64,000 nucleotides of DNA from Octopus vulgaris (Eukaryota): contig OX597817.1 in assembly GCA_951406725.2 (NCBI GenBank), positions 169,570,001-169,634,000 of the forward strand, in the 5' to 3' direction. Positions 48,671 to 64,000 of this stretch are shown piece after piece (position 1 is the stretch's first letter; every line of letters starts with the position of its first letter). The notes beneath the pieces were generated by a model. The model was not told where the DNA came from and ran no database searches. It was given only the letters and a program-made list of their open reading frames with translations. A program made the position numbers and the translations under genes.

Positions 48671-51600
48671 TTAGATACATTATATAAGCCCTTAAAACAG
48701 TATTTATTGTTAATGTTTTGCTTGATTGATGAAATCAAAAGTAAAATTTAATTCAAAGTTAGTGTGAAAGCTAAAAAAAAAATCCCCCAAAAAATCATGA
48801 AACTTCAACTGAAATTATGAAATCTAATTCTATTTTGCTTGTTTTTTTTAATTCTTCCCAATAATTATAATTAATAGTAAAAATTATGAAAAATACAATC
48901 CCTTATTGATTAAATAGAATATTTGTTTTGAAAGTTCTTCTTTGAAAATTATTTTTTTCTTTTAAATTATTCATTGTCTTTTGGTCTTTTGAATCGGAAA
49001 TCTTAACTAGTAAAAATATAAAGAAAGGAAAGAAGGAAAGAGAGAAAGAAATATAGTTCCTTTTGAAGTTCTATGAAATGAAGAGGAAGCTAGCTGTGTT
49101 GCTTTCAAAGTCAAACCACTATGGTTTCAATATCAAATTTATGGATCTGTAAACAATATACAGGTGGGGAGTGGGGAAGAGGAAGCAGTATAATTTTTTT
49201 TTTTTTTTGGATATATTTGTATATCACAGAGTAATGAAGAGATTAAAAACCATATGATGATGATGGTGTTGATGATTTGAGCTAAATATGAAGAGGGTGA
49301 TGATATTGGTAGTGGTGGTGGTGGTGGTGGTGGTGGTAGTAAGGAAGCTGATGATGGTGATGATGATGATAACGATGATGGTGATCAAGATCATGATGAG
49401 AAGAAAATGGAAGAGAAGTTTGATTAAATGACCAAAATACAAGAAAGATAATTATGGTGGTGATGTTGATGTGACGAAATTGGCACATTTTTTGTCTCCT
49501 GATAGTATTTTATCTCCATTACGGCTCCCTACACTATTATATAATAGTCACCTCCTTATATCTTGCCCCTGTCTTCCTTACTTCTCCCTTGGAATAATTT
49601 TTTTCTCCTTTTGTCCCCCCCCCCCCCTCCTGACCCAGATATCACTTGTTATCTATCCCTCTAACCATCCATTAAATAACAATAATAATAAAGACCCAAA
49701 CCAGTGAGTGTGTTTATTATTACTGACATAATGACCCTCCCAAGGTTCAATAACTATCCGCAGATATTTCTAAATGTACGTCCTTCTCTTCCACCCCCAA
49801 AATGAAGGTCCTTGAACCAAGTAGAGATGTTTGGCGGGTACTAAACCATCACTATCACCATCACCACAATAACAATCACAAGAACAGCAAGAACAAGGTC
49901 AGTAGCAATAACCAGGAAGTGTCAAAGAATAATTAACAGTCATTCTAACCTGAACAATATAAATCAACCTTTATTAAATTGTGTGAGGAAAAACAATATT
50001 TTTTCTCAAGAAAATATATTTTTCTTTGAGGAAAACCAGAAAGCACTAAAAAACCTCACACATTTGCTGTTAATACAGGGATATACGGTCTAAAGTTAGG
50101 TGCCTTGTTTGGGTTTTCTGAAAGGAAATAAACAAACAGTTTGACATTTTCTTTGGCAATGATGGAACTACAAATGCTGAATGTGAAAGAAATTCTATGA
50201 TATACTCTGTGATATAAACATGATATCAAACTTTTTTTTTTTAAGATACTAACAGGACAAATGCCAAAATACGATAACACATCTGTATGAGCAATACCTA
50301 TTTTATATTATAATTATTCGCTGGCTGTGACAATATTGTAGAGCTGGAGATAAATTCTTGATGTGTAAGGGCAGCAGTGATTTGAGTTCTTTGTTAAAAC
50401 CAAGTACCTTCACTTTAAAACTGCTTATACACTGAGGAAATGCTTGAATGCCACAAAGCTCCCTGTTCTCTCTTAGAATATAAGGCCTTTGTGCGTAAAG
50501 AAAAGGCAGTCATATTATCATTTGGTATATAAATGTGGCTGTTATGCAACTGTATGAAATCAGCACAAGCAATATTGAAATATAATATTAATAATAATCA
50601 TATAATTATAATAATGTTATAATGAGATAAATATCTGTGAAAATTCAGTAAATATCCATAAATATGCCACACAGTGAAATCCCCTATCATGAACTGAACA
50701 TTCTGAAAGGAATATATTTCAAATTTATTGATAAAGATATGTGTATGAAAAAGTTAATGTTTGAACTTTTATAGATTCCTTGAGTTTGATCCAGTTAAAA
50801 TTAAGTTACATTTCAGTTCAAAAATATTGGTTATTGTTGAAATTTTTTCCAAATTTTACCAAAATTAGGGTTACTTGTCTTGATCCTTAAACAACAAATT
50901 ATAAATTCAGTGTTAATATTTCTAGTAAATTTTAAGGCAGTGAGCTTAGCAGCATTGCATCTGTCTTTACGTTCTAAGTTCAAATTCTGCAGAGGTCAAC
51001 TTTGCCTGTCAGTCTTTCGATAAGTACCAGTTGAACACTGGGGTTTGATGTAATCAACATAGCCCCTCCCCAAAATTGCTGGCTTTGTGCCAAAATTTGA
51101 AACCAATATTTCCAATAAATGGCTGTTACTTCAAGTAATTATAGCAGTTTGGGGTTATATATCTGTTTTTTCTTTCTTTGATTACATTAAATTTTAAAAT
51201 CAATGGAAGTCCACCAAAATATTATTAGCCAAAATATCATATCACAAATGTGACAAATATGAAAATAAAGGAATTAAACTATTGAAATTCTTTAGCGGTT
51301 TTTTTTATAATTGCAAAAACCAAAACTACAAAATTATATCACTCTTTGATTAATTTTAGCCAACATAGCTAAGGCCATACTAGAGTACCACCTTCATGTA
51401 TTAAATAAATTTAATTTTTCTGATTAAGAAGTAATAAATCCTGTGGTAGCACCACCGAAATGTCTGACATCTAAAATTTTGTTATTTTGTGAGAGTTACA
51501 ATGTTTGAATGAGTTTTATGTCAAGATTCTTGCAAAAGTTCTTTGTGGGTCCTTAGACCAAATTGAAGTGGAAGCTGGTGATTATTGTGAGAAAAATGTT

Positions 51601-52914
51601 ACTTTTGTGAGACAAAGAAGTAGGTTTGTTCCAAGATACGCAGTTGCTTTATTGTAAAATGAATTAGGACTTTAAATCTATTGTTTCTTTAGACTGTTAC
51701 TGTTCCTGTTGTTGTTTTATGGAGAAATTTATGTTATTTTTTCTTTTATTTCTCCTTTTGTATTTATATTTATTATTGTTGGTTTTGTTGTTGTTATTAT
51801 TATTATTTATAATTAAATTATAAATATTATTATTATGATTTTTATTAATATTATTATAATTAAAACAGATTTAATACTGTTAATGACGTTACTATTAAAA
51901 CATTGTTAATTATCATTATTGCTACTAAAGTTTGTTTGCTATTTACTACTAATAACTAATGCTAATATTACTACTATTACAAACAACCACCACCACTACT
52001 ACACTGTCATGACCACCACTACAACCACTGCCACTACTACCACCACCATTACTAATCCTACTACAACTCCTGACAGTTCTTTTCTCTTCCTAGATAATAA
52101 AGAAACCAAAAATCTTTAAAAAAATTTTTTTAAATGTCTTAAGACACCTTAGAAAATTTATAGACATTGGAGAGAAGGGGAAAAAGAGAAGAGTGTCTAT
52201 TTTATCCTGCAGTGGTCTCCAGAAGTAGATGAAGAAGACAAAGCTGGAGGAAAGAGAACAGAAATATGACAGTTTCTACTTTAAGAGTAGTTTTGTAAAT
52301 GTTTTTGAGAAAATCTTGTATTTTTTTTAATATTTCTAACAACATAAAAAATTAGCTCATAGCTTCGTTAGTTGCTGTAGTTTGATGTCACAAGTGGATA
52401 CAGTCAACAGAGCTATGTCCAACTGGTGACATGTTTTATTAGATTAGTACACTAATTTTACTATACGCATGTATGTGCGTGTATGTTTGTGTATGTATGT
52501 ATATGTCTGTGTGTATTTTTGAGTGTCTGTATATTGTATATATATATTCATACATGTCTTTGTATATATGTATATATGTGTTATACGTGTGTGTGTGTGT
52601 GCACAAATCCATACATTTACATTTTGGCATATGTACATCCTTAAAGATCTGTATATCTGTGTGTGCATCTTAGTATGTGCAGCTATACCAATATGTGCAT
52701 CTGTCTCCCTGTGCGCATATTTCCTTGTGTACATATCTGTACTGAATGCACATTTTTGCCTATGTATGCATTGCACCTTGTGTGTGCATCTATGAAATAT
52801 TCACATAGTATATGCATATACATGCATATATATTTCTCTGAAACTAAGCTATATTTACAAATCTGCAAATCAGATGTTTTGCAGACTGAGATGTACTCAC
52901 TTAAATATGCACTT

Positions 52915-53480
52915 GCAAGCATAGATGCACACCCAGTCACAGATGCATGGCCAGACACATGCACACCCAAGCACAGATGCATATCCAAGCACAGATGCAC
53001 ATCCAAACACAGATGCACATCCAAGTACAGATGCACATCCAGGTGTACATACTGATGAAGTTACATATGCACTCACATAAGCATATATAATCGTATATGC
53101 ACATAAAATCCCGTGTGCACACACTGACAGATTCACATGCATACACAGTCACACACACAAAGATACATGTATGTGCAAATGCAGATGTACATACTGATAC
53201 AAATGCACAAGCAGGTACAGATGCAGACATAAGCATAGATGCACACAAATAAATACACACAGATGCACTCTCTGATGCAGATGCACATGTGCGTTAAAAT
53301 GCATGCATAGATGCAGGTGCACTCTCTAACACAAACTTGCACAGGTGCACACATTACATATTCACACATTGTTGTAGATGAAGACACAGACACATGCACA
53401 AAGTATCAGATAAGCACGTATGCTTTCACATATGCACATGCTTTATCACATGCGTTATCACATATGCACACAGACCAAGT
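52915..53480. repeat. Degenerate CAGATGCACA-based tandem repeat (18-bp units at 52960-53045)
   Basis: CAGATGCACATCCAAGCA repeated, decaying outwards. Confidence 0.7.
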
Positions 53481-53750
53481 GTCAGATATACATGCTACAA
53501 AACCAAGTACTTGAAGGAAGACCAAATTTCATTAGACTAGAATCCACTAACAAATTATGTCGGTAAAAATGACTGAACATAGCAATATTTTTTGTGATGA
53601 AATCCTCTTGTTTTCAGTTTTAGCAATAATGTAATCTGTTTCATTAACGAACACAGATAACGAAGGCTGATGAGATTTGGTTGGGTGGTCAGCTTTCTTC
53701 AGACTTCTCACAAAGGTATACACACACACACACACACATACATACATATA

Positions 53751-53850
<100 letters not shown>

Positions 53851-56800
53851 CACAGACATGCACATACAAATATATGCTAATATATAGGTGTGTGTGTGTG
53901 TGTGTTCATAAATCTATATATACCTGAGTGTGCATCTATGAAATATACACATAGTATATGTCTATACATGCATATATATTTCTCTGAAACTAAACTATAT
54001 TTACAAATCTGCAAATCAGATGATTTGCAGACAGACACAGATGGATGCATAGACTGCAGCTACATGCATATGCACATGTATTAACACGGTTTTATGTATG
54101 TGTGTGCATGTGTGTGTGTGTGTGTATGTGTGCAAATTTCCAGTATACAGACATTTATCTTTGATCTAATGAGAGAAATTATTGCTTCCATGTGAAACAA
54201 TCCAGATTATATATACACACACATACACTCATACATATATACACACATGTATCCACACATATATACATGTATATATATATATATATATATATCAATATCA
54301 TTTGTAAATATGTAGTCATGATAAATTGATGTTATGTGTACCGATATTTGTGACATTGAATGAGTCACCTTATATTTGCATGTATACACACACATACATA
54401 TGCACATATACACATAACACATAAAATCTCTGTTATAACTAGTCTTTGTAATGATTTTCTCTGGCAAGTGTTTATTCTCATCATGGTAAAATGTTCGCAT
54501 ATTTATCATAGCTCTTCCAACCAAATATTTCAGCAATTTTCCCATAGTTTGGCACTGGTGATACACATTTGGGCATTGTGCTTAATCTTGTCTCCTGTAG
54601 TTTCTTAGTTCAAATCCAAAAGTGGATTAATTTAACTCTGCCCTGTATCTTGAAATGGCCAATAAAACAGGTATATTAGTAATGTAGTGGTATTCAGTGG
54701 AATCCTTCAGGCAGTCCACAGCCCTTTTTGACACTTTTCCTGCAACTCCAGAGTTGGTGGAGCTCTCTAGTCCTGTAAGGCATATTGCCTAAGCGACAGC
54801 TACACCAATGTAAAATCTTCAATTTGCTGGTCACCACAGCTGTCTTAGTTTCCTAAGCCATTATGGCCAGTCCACCTCCAAGTCTAAGGAGTGAGATCAG
54901 ATTGTTTGGACTGGTTCTCACTTTAAAACTGCTAAGTGCAAGTGGGAAGAAAACCCCTACAGCATGAAGGATCAGTTTAAATAACCACTTGAGAGCATGC
55001 CACTTTTTCTCCTGATCTTTGAACTTGAAGAAACTGCCATCACAAGGTATTACAGTTGTTGTCAACACACATCATTCTGTTTTGTAATAAAGAGATAAGA
55101 TGGAAAAGAAATCCAATGTTTAGTATTGATATAAGTCTACATACAGCATTGTGAAGGAAATCTATTTCCATCAGCAGCATCAGAAATATTGTCATAACTT
55201 TCCTGACATCCTTTGTATTTGTTTCAAAATATTTGCCAACCAAAGTATCTTGGCATTAATTGCAATATTTCCTCTTCTGTATTGTTTTGGCTATTGACGG
55301 TTCAGTTTAAAAGTTAGGGCCTTTTATGATACATTGCTTCTTCTTCTATTGGTTAGAAACATTGGATCTAAGGTTATTTACAAGGGAATGTATATTGAGG
55401 TTGGCAGTGACCATTTATGTGTGGGAACCAAATAAATATACAGATTTGAAATGGTTATTTACATGTATTGGCCATAAAATATAAAGGTAGATAATGACCA
55501 TTTATACACAGACTTGATGTTATACTAATTAGTATTGGGCTCTTTATAAATAAGGAATATCGAATATACAGACTTTTACTAATTTTTTAATATACGTGAG
55601 ACAGGGTGTGTAAAAATTCACTTATCAGATTTTACAATTTTACGACTATATTATCACAACATTTTTGAGTAATACCTCACTTGAAAGCCCCCTATCAAAG
55701 TACTAAGGTTTTGGGCCAGACACTGACTTAGTGATTTACATGTCTGAAATCTGTAACAGTAAATACAATATTACTAACTAGTTACTTTACTAATAACCAA
55801 AATGACCAATCAGCAGTCAACCAGTTTTTCTCAACATACAATAAACAACAAAGTTGATGTGTCCAATAGGTGTATTTTTTGGGGGTTTTTTTAACATTTA
55901 AAAGGGTTGTTTTTTTGAGAAATATATTACACAACAATGGAGAAGACCGAAGCCTTTGAGATGGGGAGCTTTCACAGATTGGGTAGAATAAGCTGGAAAG
56001 ACAGGTTAACAAATGTTGCAGTACAAGAAAAGCTTCAAGTCCAAATACACCCACTGTTGAGAATCAAGTTGACAAAGCTATAATATTTTAGATATATAAT
56101 GTGCCACAAGTCACTACCAAAAACCATCCTGACAGGCAGTATGGAGGGGAAGAGAGCAAGAGGCCATCAAAGATGTCTGTAGAGTGATGACATGAAAGAA
56201 TGGACTGGAAACAAGAACCTGGCTTATTGTATACATGCTGCGTGACACAGAGGGAACTGGAGAGACTTAGCAAACTGACCTATGGGCACAGGATGAGGAC
56301 ATGGCTGATGATTACAGGAGAATCATAAATGTTTTGCAACTCCGGAAGACAAAATGGCAAATCCATTACTCTGAAGAATAATACAGAGGATGAGCTGAAG
56401 ATCCATCATACCTCACAGGCTCATTCATGTGATGGCAATCTCTGTCACGACCAAACTGAATTGGAGGAGGAAGTTGAAGGACCAGATTGGGAAAGAAACC
56501 TACTGGGGATCAGGGGAACACTTCATCAACTGGTGTTCCCCTTCTTGTCAGGTTTCATATCAATTTCAACAGGTTGCTACTGGAGAAAGTATCACTAAAT
56601 TATTCCCCAGATAAACAATTTGCCAGCTTGGAACAAGAAGATTGCATCCACTTGTTTATTTTTTTTCTCGCTCTCTCTGCAATCAAATTCTATTGGCTTC
56701 GGCTACAACTGAAAGTCAGCTGCATCCAAACGAAATTTGATGTTACATTCAGATATTTCACTGAACACCATAGATTATCTCAAAACAACTTCGATTTATT

Positions 56801-58489
56801 AAATTTTAAATGTCTGAGACGAGATGGTAATAAAATTACAATTTTACAGACATTTAACCTCATCTTTAAAGTGTATTTTTATTATATTTACATCTATGCT
56901 ATATTTTGATTGGTTTCTAAATATACATTGTGTATATATTGAATGAGATGCCTGATCTGAGATCAGATATCAAATAAATAGAAACATTACACAAATATAC
57001 CGTAAATATATACTCTAAGGTTGAAGGTTAATTGTCAGGAAATTTATGATATCAATATCTTCAAATTTTTTCTCTTTAAATTACTTTTCTTGTAATTTTG
57101 AAATGTACCTTAGTAATTAAGCAAAAAAGCCTACATTTCATAATCTTTCTAGAAATAACTCTTCATCCAATCTCTTTTATCTATGACTTATGTACCATTA
57201 GACTTAAAATGTTTGACTCATTAATGTTCACATTATGCACAAGTCATAACTACATAACATATAAAGAACTGGAAATAGAGATAATCAAAATACGGGGATT
57301 GAGATCCTCTGTAATAATAGGTGCCTTGTGAATGATTGAAAAAAATGCAAACAATTACATAGCACAAACACAATCCAAGATTTATAAATGTATACACAAT
57401 ATGTAGTAAATAACCCTCCGAGGCCTTGCATGAATGTACAAAGCACAAATAAAACACTGCACATACCCAACGTACTTAGAACTAATAAAAATAAGATAAC
57501 CGAAATAATAGCAATGATGGTAATAGTAATAATAAAGTATTTTAACACAAGGGCAATGGGTAAAGATTGATTACAAGACAACTTACAAGACAGTTGGGGT
57601 TTTACCAAATTGAGTAGAAGAAAAATAGATCTGTAAAAACCACTATATATAGACAAAAGAAGAAATGAAGAAAAATGTTCCCCTAGTAGAACAGCCATCT
57701 GGGAACCACTCAAAGAACTCTGCAGGTTTAGAATTACTCCCACTGCCTAAGGCAACTACTCACTCTTAATTGCATTCTCTGGCCTACAGGGGTATGCTGA
57801 GGGTAGGCCTAATCACTTGGATCACACACATTCATCACTCCGACCAACTATACTGGAGGATGGAGCCTCCTCTGCAACCTTCACATTTCTCTTCAAATGG
57901 CATTAGAGATAAGCAGAAGAGGTGTTGGTCCTCATTCCTTTCAGTCACATCTGCTACACTACCTGTTTTGCCTAGGCTACTATACAGATGAAAACTGCCT
58001 GTCCTTCCCAGACATAGCAAAACGGTAGTGCAATCTTCACTTGACTGATAGGCAGTTCTCTCCAACATGCAACAACATATTATACAGAGTATTTTCAAAA
58101 CATATGAAGCTACAAAAAACAAAATGCAATACATATCCAAGTCATTTAGAGCTGTGTTTGGTTGTACAGTGGAGGCATGCATTAAAACCTGAGCAAACGA
58201 TGTGTGCAAAATGGTTTTGTTGTTCTATATACATCTCAGATGGGTCTTTTGTGCTTATAAAATTTGTTTAAATCTAACTGTGTCCCCTGTAGTCCAGGAC
58301 AAAAATGTCTGGAAGTTTTCAGAGTTCCAAGGCTGAAAATTCTTTCAAAGTGACACCTTAGAATCACTCCAAGAATGAATTATTGTTGGTCATGCACAAT
58401 TAAAATGCAAGGGTGGAAGACTGAACATTTGACATTTCTAATGTTAAATGCCCAAGCTTGGTCTTTGCTTCATAATAATAACAATGATG

Positions 58490-58552
<63 letters not shown>

Positions 58553-59330
58553 GTTTCTGATTTTGGTACTAGGCCAGCAATTTCAAGATGATGAGTTAGT
58601 TGATACTCTCAACCCCACTACTTGACTTGTACTTTGTTTTTATTGAACTCAAGGGGATGAAAGGCAAAGTTGAACTTAGAATGCAAAAAAAAAAAAAAAC
58701 CCAGCTTTACCTCATAGCATTACGTCTAATGTGCTAGCAATTCAGTCAGTGAAACAAAGTGAAAGTAGATAACAAAGTGAAAGTAGAAAAAAACAATTCC
58801 GAATAAAGCAATAGATGACATATTCAATTTGTTAAAATGTCTCTGTTTCTGAGAGAAAATATCTGTCAGTAAACACCAAAATTCTTACCATCTTTAGAAT
58901 GCTACATTTGAGACGGAGTTATTCATAGATGCTAAGTTCTCATCTTAAATCCATTCTAAGACTATTTCTAGAAACAGTTGTCAATCTGTAGTTGTCTGGT
59001 ATCTGTTATCAACAGAGTTGCAAGTGATCCTGGCTGCTGCAGGAATGGTTCTTACGGATATTCTTACCTTTGTGATGAAGTTGGTACGCCATTACAGAGC
59101 CATTGTCACTGTCATAATTGCCTTCACCGTCACCAGCACCACCATCATCATCATCATCATCATGATAACCATCATCACTAGCAGCAGCAGCATATTTAGC
59201 ATTACCATGGCAATATGCATAAACTGAGAATCTTTGTTGACAAACAACAATAGCCACAGTATCACCCACATACACATGCATTCACAAACATACATACACC
59301 ACACATGCATATATTATAAATATATATGTG

Positions 59331-59397
<67 letters not shown>

Positions 59398-59661
59398 ATA
59401 TATATACGTATGTGTATATACATATGTATATGCTAGCATAGTCATCCCATTAAAAAAAATGACAGAATTTATTTTTCTTTTCTTTCAATAAACGGTGATC
59501 TTTCTGCATCCAGCCTTGCTCCATTTTTCTTCTTTTGTCCATTATTAGCTCATCTTCTTTTAGTTAATCTTATTCATTTATCAGTGAGCCTTAGCTCTGT
59601 TTTCTTATTGTGTTTCTTGGTGTTTTGCAGTTCTTCTTCCTTGCAATTACATATATATATA

Positions 59662-59700
<39 letters not shown>

Positions 59701-59782
59701 GTATACATCAGGTGGTGCTATTAAGTTAGACATGGCCTGGACCAATCTTTGGTCGAAACATATCTAAGTTTATCTAAGTTTA

Positions 59783-59929
<147 letters not shown>

Positions 59930-59944
59930 GTATATATATGTATG

Positions 59945-59978
<34 letters not shown>

Positions 59979-60804
59979 TATCATGCCATACTTTGTCTAC
60001 AGCTTCATGTGACACTCTGTAATGTTCCTGTGCCTGTTTCTATTTGTGGCACTCTGTACTGTGCACATATCCCTATGTAACATACTGTACCTTATCTACA
60101 GCTATGTGTGGCACACTGTACTGAACCTACCTGTATATGTGACACACTATGGTATGACAACACACGTGTATTTCACTTTTCTACTGTGCTGGAGTAATCA
60201 CCAACTCACAATCTGTTCAAATTTAATTTGATGCAGTTGCTGCATGCAAGGCTTCCACTCCCATGTGGGCCTTTACAGGCATAGCAGATGCTGCACTGCC
60301 ATCAGCAACTGACATAGAATTCTCCAGGTGCAGATTCATGACCCTTTTGAGACCGACAGATGCTGCAGTGGGTTGGCAGAATCTGTAGGACGTCAGACAA
60401 AATGCTTAGAAGTTTTCTTCTGGTTCTTTATGTTCTGAGTTCAATCCTGCCAAGATCAAATTTGCATCTTTTGAGGCTGATAAAATAAAGTACTTGTTGA
60501 GTATGGGGCCAATGCTATCGACTAAACCCCATTCTTGCTAAAATTACTGGTCTTGTGCAAACTTTGTAACAAAAAACAACTATTGCTGTTATTATAATTC
60601 AAGGCAGCATGCTTGCGGAATCATTAGCTAAGTTGTATTTCATCCATTTTCAGGGTCTAAGTTCAAATTCTGCCGAGATCATCTGTGTCATCCTTTCAGA
60701 GCCGATAAAATAAGTACCAGTTGAGCTTTGGGGTTGATGTAATTGACTTACCTGCTCCCTTGGAATTACTGGCCTATTGCCAAAATTTGAAATCATTATT
60801 ATTA

Positions 60805-60841
<37 letters not shown>

Positions 60842-61133
60842 ACTAATTAGCATCATTAAGGTGACAAGTCTGCTGAATCATTAGCACACCAGACAAAATG
60901 CTTGGCAGCATTTCATCCGTCTTTATGTTCTGAGTTCAAATTCTGCTGAGGTTGACATTGTCTTTCATCCTTTTGGGGTCAATAAAACAAGTACCAGTTA
61001 TCAATTTTCCCAACCCTCAAAATTGATGGTCTTGTGCCAGAACAAGAAAGAATTATTATCATTATATGCCTCTGTGTGTGTGTATGTGTATTTGTATATG
61101 TTTATGTATATATATATATATATCTTTATATCT

Positions 61134-61178
<45 letters not shown>

Positions 61179-61205
61179 ATATATATTTAAATATATGTAT
61201 ATATA

Positions 61206-61254
<49 letters not shown>

Positions 61255-61257
61255 GTT

Positions 61258-61308
<51 letters not shown>

Positions 61309-62576
61309 CTGTATTTGTATTTATTTACATACATATATACATAAGTAACGGTAGACCCAACTTTAAGATATTACAGAGGTTGATGATATCCATAATAAAT
61401 TGGCTGATAAAAAAATCAGGTCGAAAATATTACTTGAAACAACTAGCACTGCTTAATTTCTTAACTGTTGTGTAAGAACTGCTCCATTTCTTCTAGATTT
61501 TGATGTTCACTTTGCTTCTGTCATATAAAATAAAATATTAACAAATATACAATAACAGTAGTAAATAGCAGTTTAACTTTTGAATATTCACTGAATTAAC
61601 TTTATGGGTGATCAATGCATTTCCTTCTAGGAGGCAAACCAGTTATTGTGTGGGTATTTATATTAACACACCCAAAGGGTTTAATAAGACAACTGCATAA
61701 ATGTGGATGGAGAAGAGCTTTTTTCCTTTTTTTAAGTCACTCTATACATTTGTCTACCACTTATGCTTATTCACTGATGTTCTATGTGTGGGTATGTATG
61801 TGTGTGAATGTGCTTTTGTGTGTATGTGTATGCATGAATAGATTATAATTTTGTGTGTGATGTAACTTTGAATTGGTGGACAAAATTTTCTCATATCTAC
61901 AAGTTGGTTAAATTGTCTTCATTAATAATTATAATAAAACTGTAAAATTAGTTAATATTCATTTCTTTTTAAAAAAAACAAAACAAAACATTATCGATCT
62001 TAGTTTGAATCGATGAAATGAAGTTTCTTGATATTGTATTAATCCATAATAGAATATTCCAGAAGCTATACTGGACAATGTGTGCAAATTCCCCAAATTC
62101 ACATATCCTTGAAATAAATATGACTTCAAAACAGCAAAAACATTGAAAATGTGATATCTGCAAGAAGAATTACTTGTGGTCATTAGAATTATTTTTCAAA
62201 AACAAGAACAATGCAAAAAAAAATAAATAAATGAATAAATAAAAATATAAATAACAAAAATAAAAAAGACAAAGAAAAAAGGCAAAAAAATAAATAAATA
62301 AATAAACAAGCAATGCAAATTTCGTATTCTGTGAAACCTGATACAACATTGTGGTTGCTGTTGTTGTTGCTGTCATTGTTAATGTTGTTGCTGTTGTTGT
62401 TGTTGTGATGGAGTAAGATATTTTTCTTTGAAACTGAATTCCTATAGCAATATCTCTCATCAACCCGATGATGCTAAATGTTCCAAGAAGAACAACACCA
62501 AAATCGATTCCATAATACTGAATATAATCATACAGACAGACCACACTCACACACACACACAACACACATGCATGGA

Positions 62577-62614
<38 letters not shown>

Positions 62615-64000
62615 CCTCTCTATAGCACGTAATAATCTTGGCCTCATTTTTCATGACAAAAATGACAGTAATATATTTAATAATTAAAACAGCAGAACTA
62701 AATGATTATAATGATGTGAACAATTAAGTGGAAATGTAAGAAATTATACTGACTTCACTATTAAATTAAAGAGACTGTACGGTAAGATGTTTGTTTCCCA
62801 ACCACATCATTCTGGGTTCAGTCTCACTGTGTGGTACCTTGGGTAAGTGTCTTCTACTATAACCTCGGGCCAGCCAAAGCCTTGTGAGTGAATTTAGCAG
62901 AAGGAAACTGAAAGAAGCCTTTCTTATGTGTGTATGTCTTTGTGTCTGCATTTGTCCACCACCACTTGAAAACTGATATTGGTATGTTTACATCCCTGTA
63001 ATTTAGCAGTACAGCAAAAGAGACTGATAAAATAAGTTCCAAGCTTTAAAAAATATATACTGGAGTCAATTCATTTGACTAAAATTCTTTCCCAGCTTGG
63101 CCGCCATCCAATGACTGAAACAAGTCCAAGATAAAAGACATATATGTATATATAGCACCATTCGAACATAGCTGATGCCTGATGCCAGTGCCGCTTGACT
63201 GGCACCCATGTCAGTTGCACATAAAAAGTACCATTTGAGTGTGGCTGATGTCAGTTCCGCTTGACTGGCTCCCATGCTGGTGGCACATAAAAACCACCCA
63301 CTACACTCTGGGAGTGGTTGGCATTAGGAAGGGCATCTAGCTGTAGAAACCTTGCCAAATCAGATTGGAGCCTGGTGCAGCCTCCCAGCTTGCCAGTTCT
63401 CAGTCAAACCGTCCAACCCATGGCAGCATGAAAAGCGGACGTTAAACGGTGATGATGATGATGATGATGATGATGATGGTGATAATGATGATGATATATA
63501 TACATATCACTAGTAAAGGTAAAATGGTCAGGTAGACAAAGATATTGCATTATCAGCTCATAGATAATGAATTCAAATCCACAATATGTAGTCATTGTTA
63601 GGAATGGGTACCTGATCATCTAGAAATGTTACCTGTGTTAGGTAGGTGCCTACCTAACCACTCAGTTCATATTATGATACCTTAACAAATACATAATCAT
63701 AAAAAGGGATATTTAAGTTGTAAGGAAACTTTTTTTAAATATAGATATTAGCATATCCTGTTTATACATGTATAGATACATGAAATATATACTTGAGTAT
63801 ATATGCTGTGTATATGAATGCTAACCTGTATTCTGTATGTGCAGGAATAATTGCATTTATATGAGTTTATACATATACAAAGGCACACATATATATTTAT
63901 TTACTGTGTACCAGAACATAATACACATGTATGAATATGTGTATATATATTATGTAGTTGGTTAAGACTTGTTAGAAAGTGACTTGGTTTCACATCTATT

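Noticed and set aside
54700-55260. Complex unique sequence with short ORFs on the minus strand
   Set aside because: Could not assign a family or consistent exon structure; needs a translated search.
56100-56600. Possible exon or LINE remnant in ORFs 56329-56614
   Set aside because: No convincing motif or splice-phase support; only a faint resemblance to a decayed LINE C-terminus.

Overview
Eukaryotic, AT-rich, microsatellite-dense DNA; the SINE repertoire and (TA)n/(CAT)n/(TAA)n load suggest an octopus (coleoid cephalopod) genome (inference). The only protein-coding gene I can support is the 3' part of a + strand SLC2A13/HMIT-like proton/myo-inositol transporter. It has seven exons (12694-12908, 17540-17651, 25806-25969, 34878-34992, 36927-37168, 39701-39853, 42537-42757) that splice in phase to about 406 aa plus stop. 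Its 5' exons lie upstream of the window, and its last intron needs a GC donor. The introns are packed with tRNA-headed SINEs, CR1-group and R4/Dong LINE ends, a decayed mariner with nested insertions, Helitron-type elements, MITEs and a solo LTR. The most striking unannotated signal is a set of about a dozen minimal type-I hammerhead ribozyme motifs in several unrelated repeat families, mostly on the gene's sense strand. They include a retrozyme-like 365-bp unit with terminal redundancy and a TSD, a tRNA-headed hammerhead-bearing palindromic insertion, a core-intact intronic hammerhead, one in the probable 3' UTR, and a recurrent CCGANGA core variant. Almost all ORF-track entries are simple-repeat or SINE artefacts. 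All structures were read by eye; none was folded or searched computationally, and repeat boundaries are approximate.
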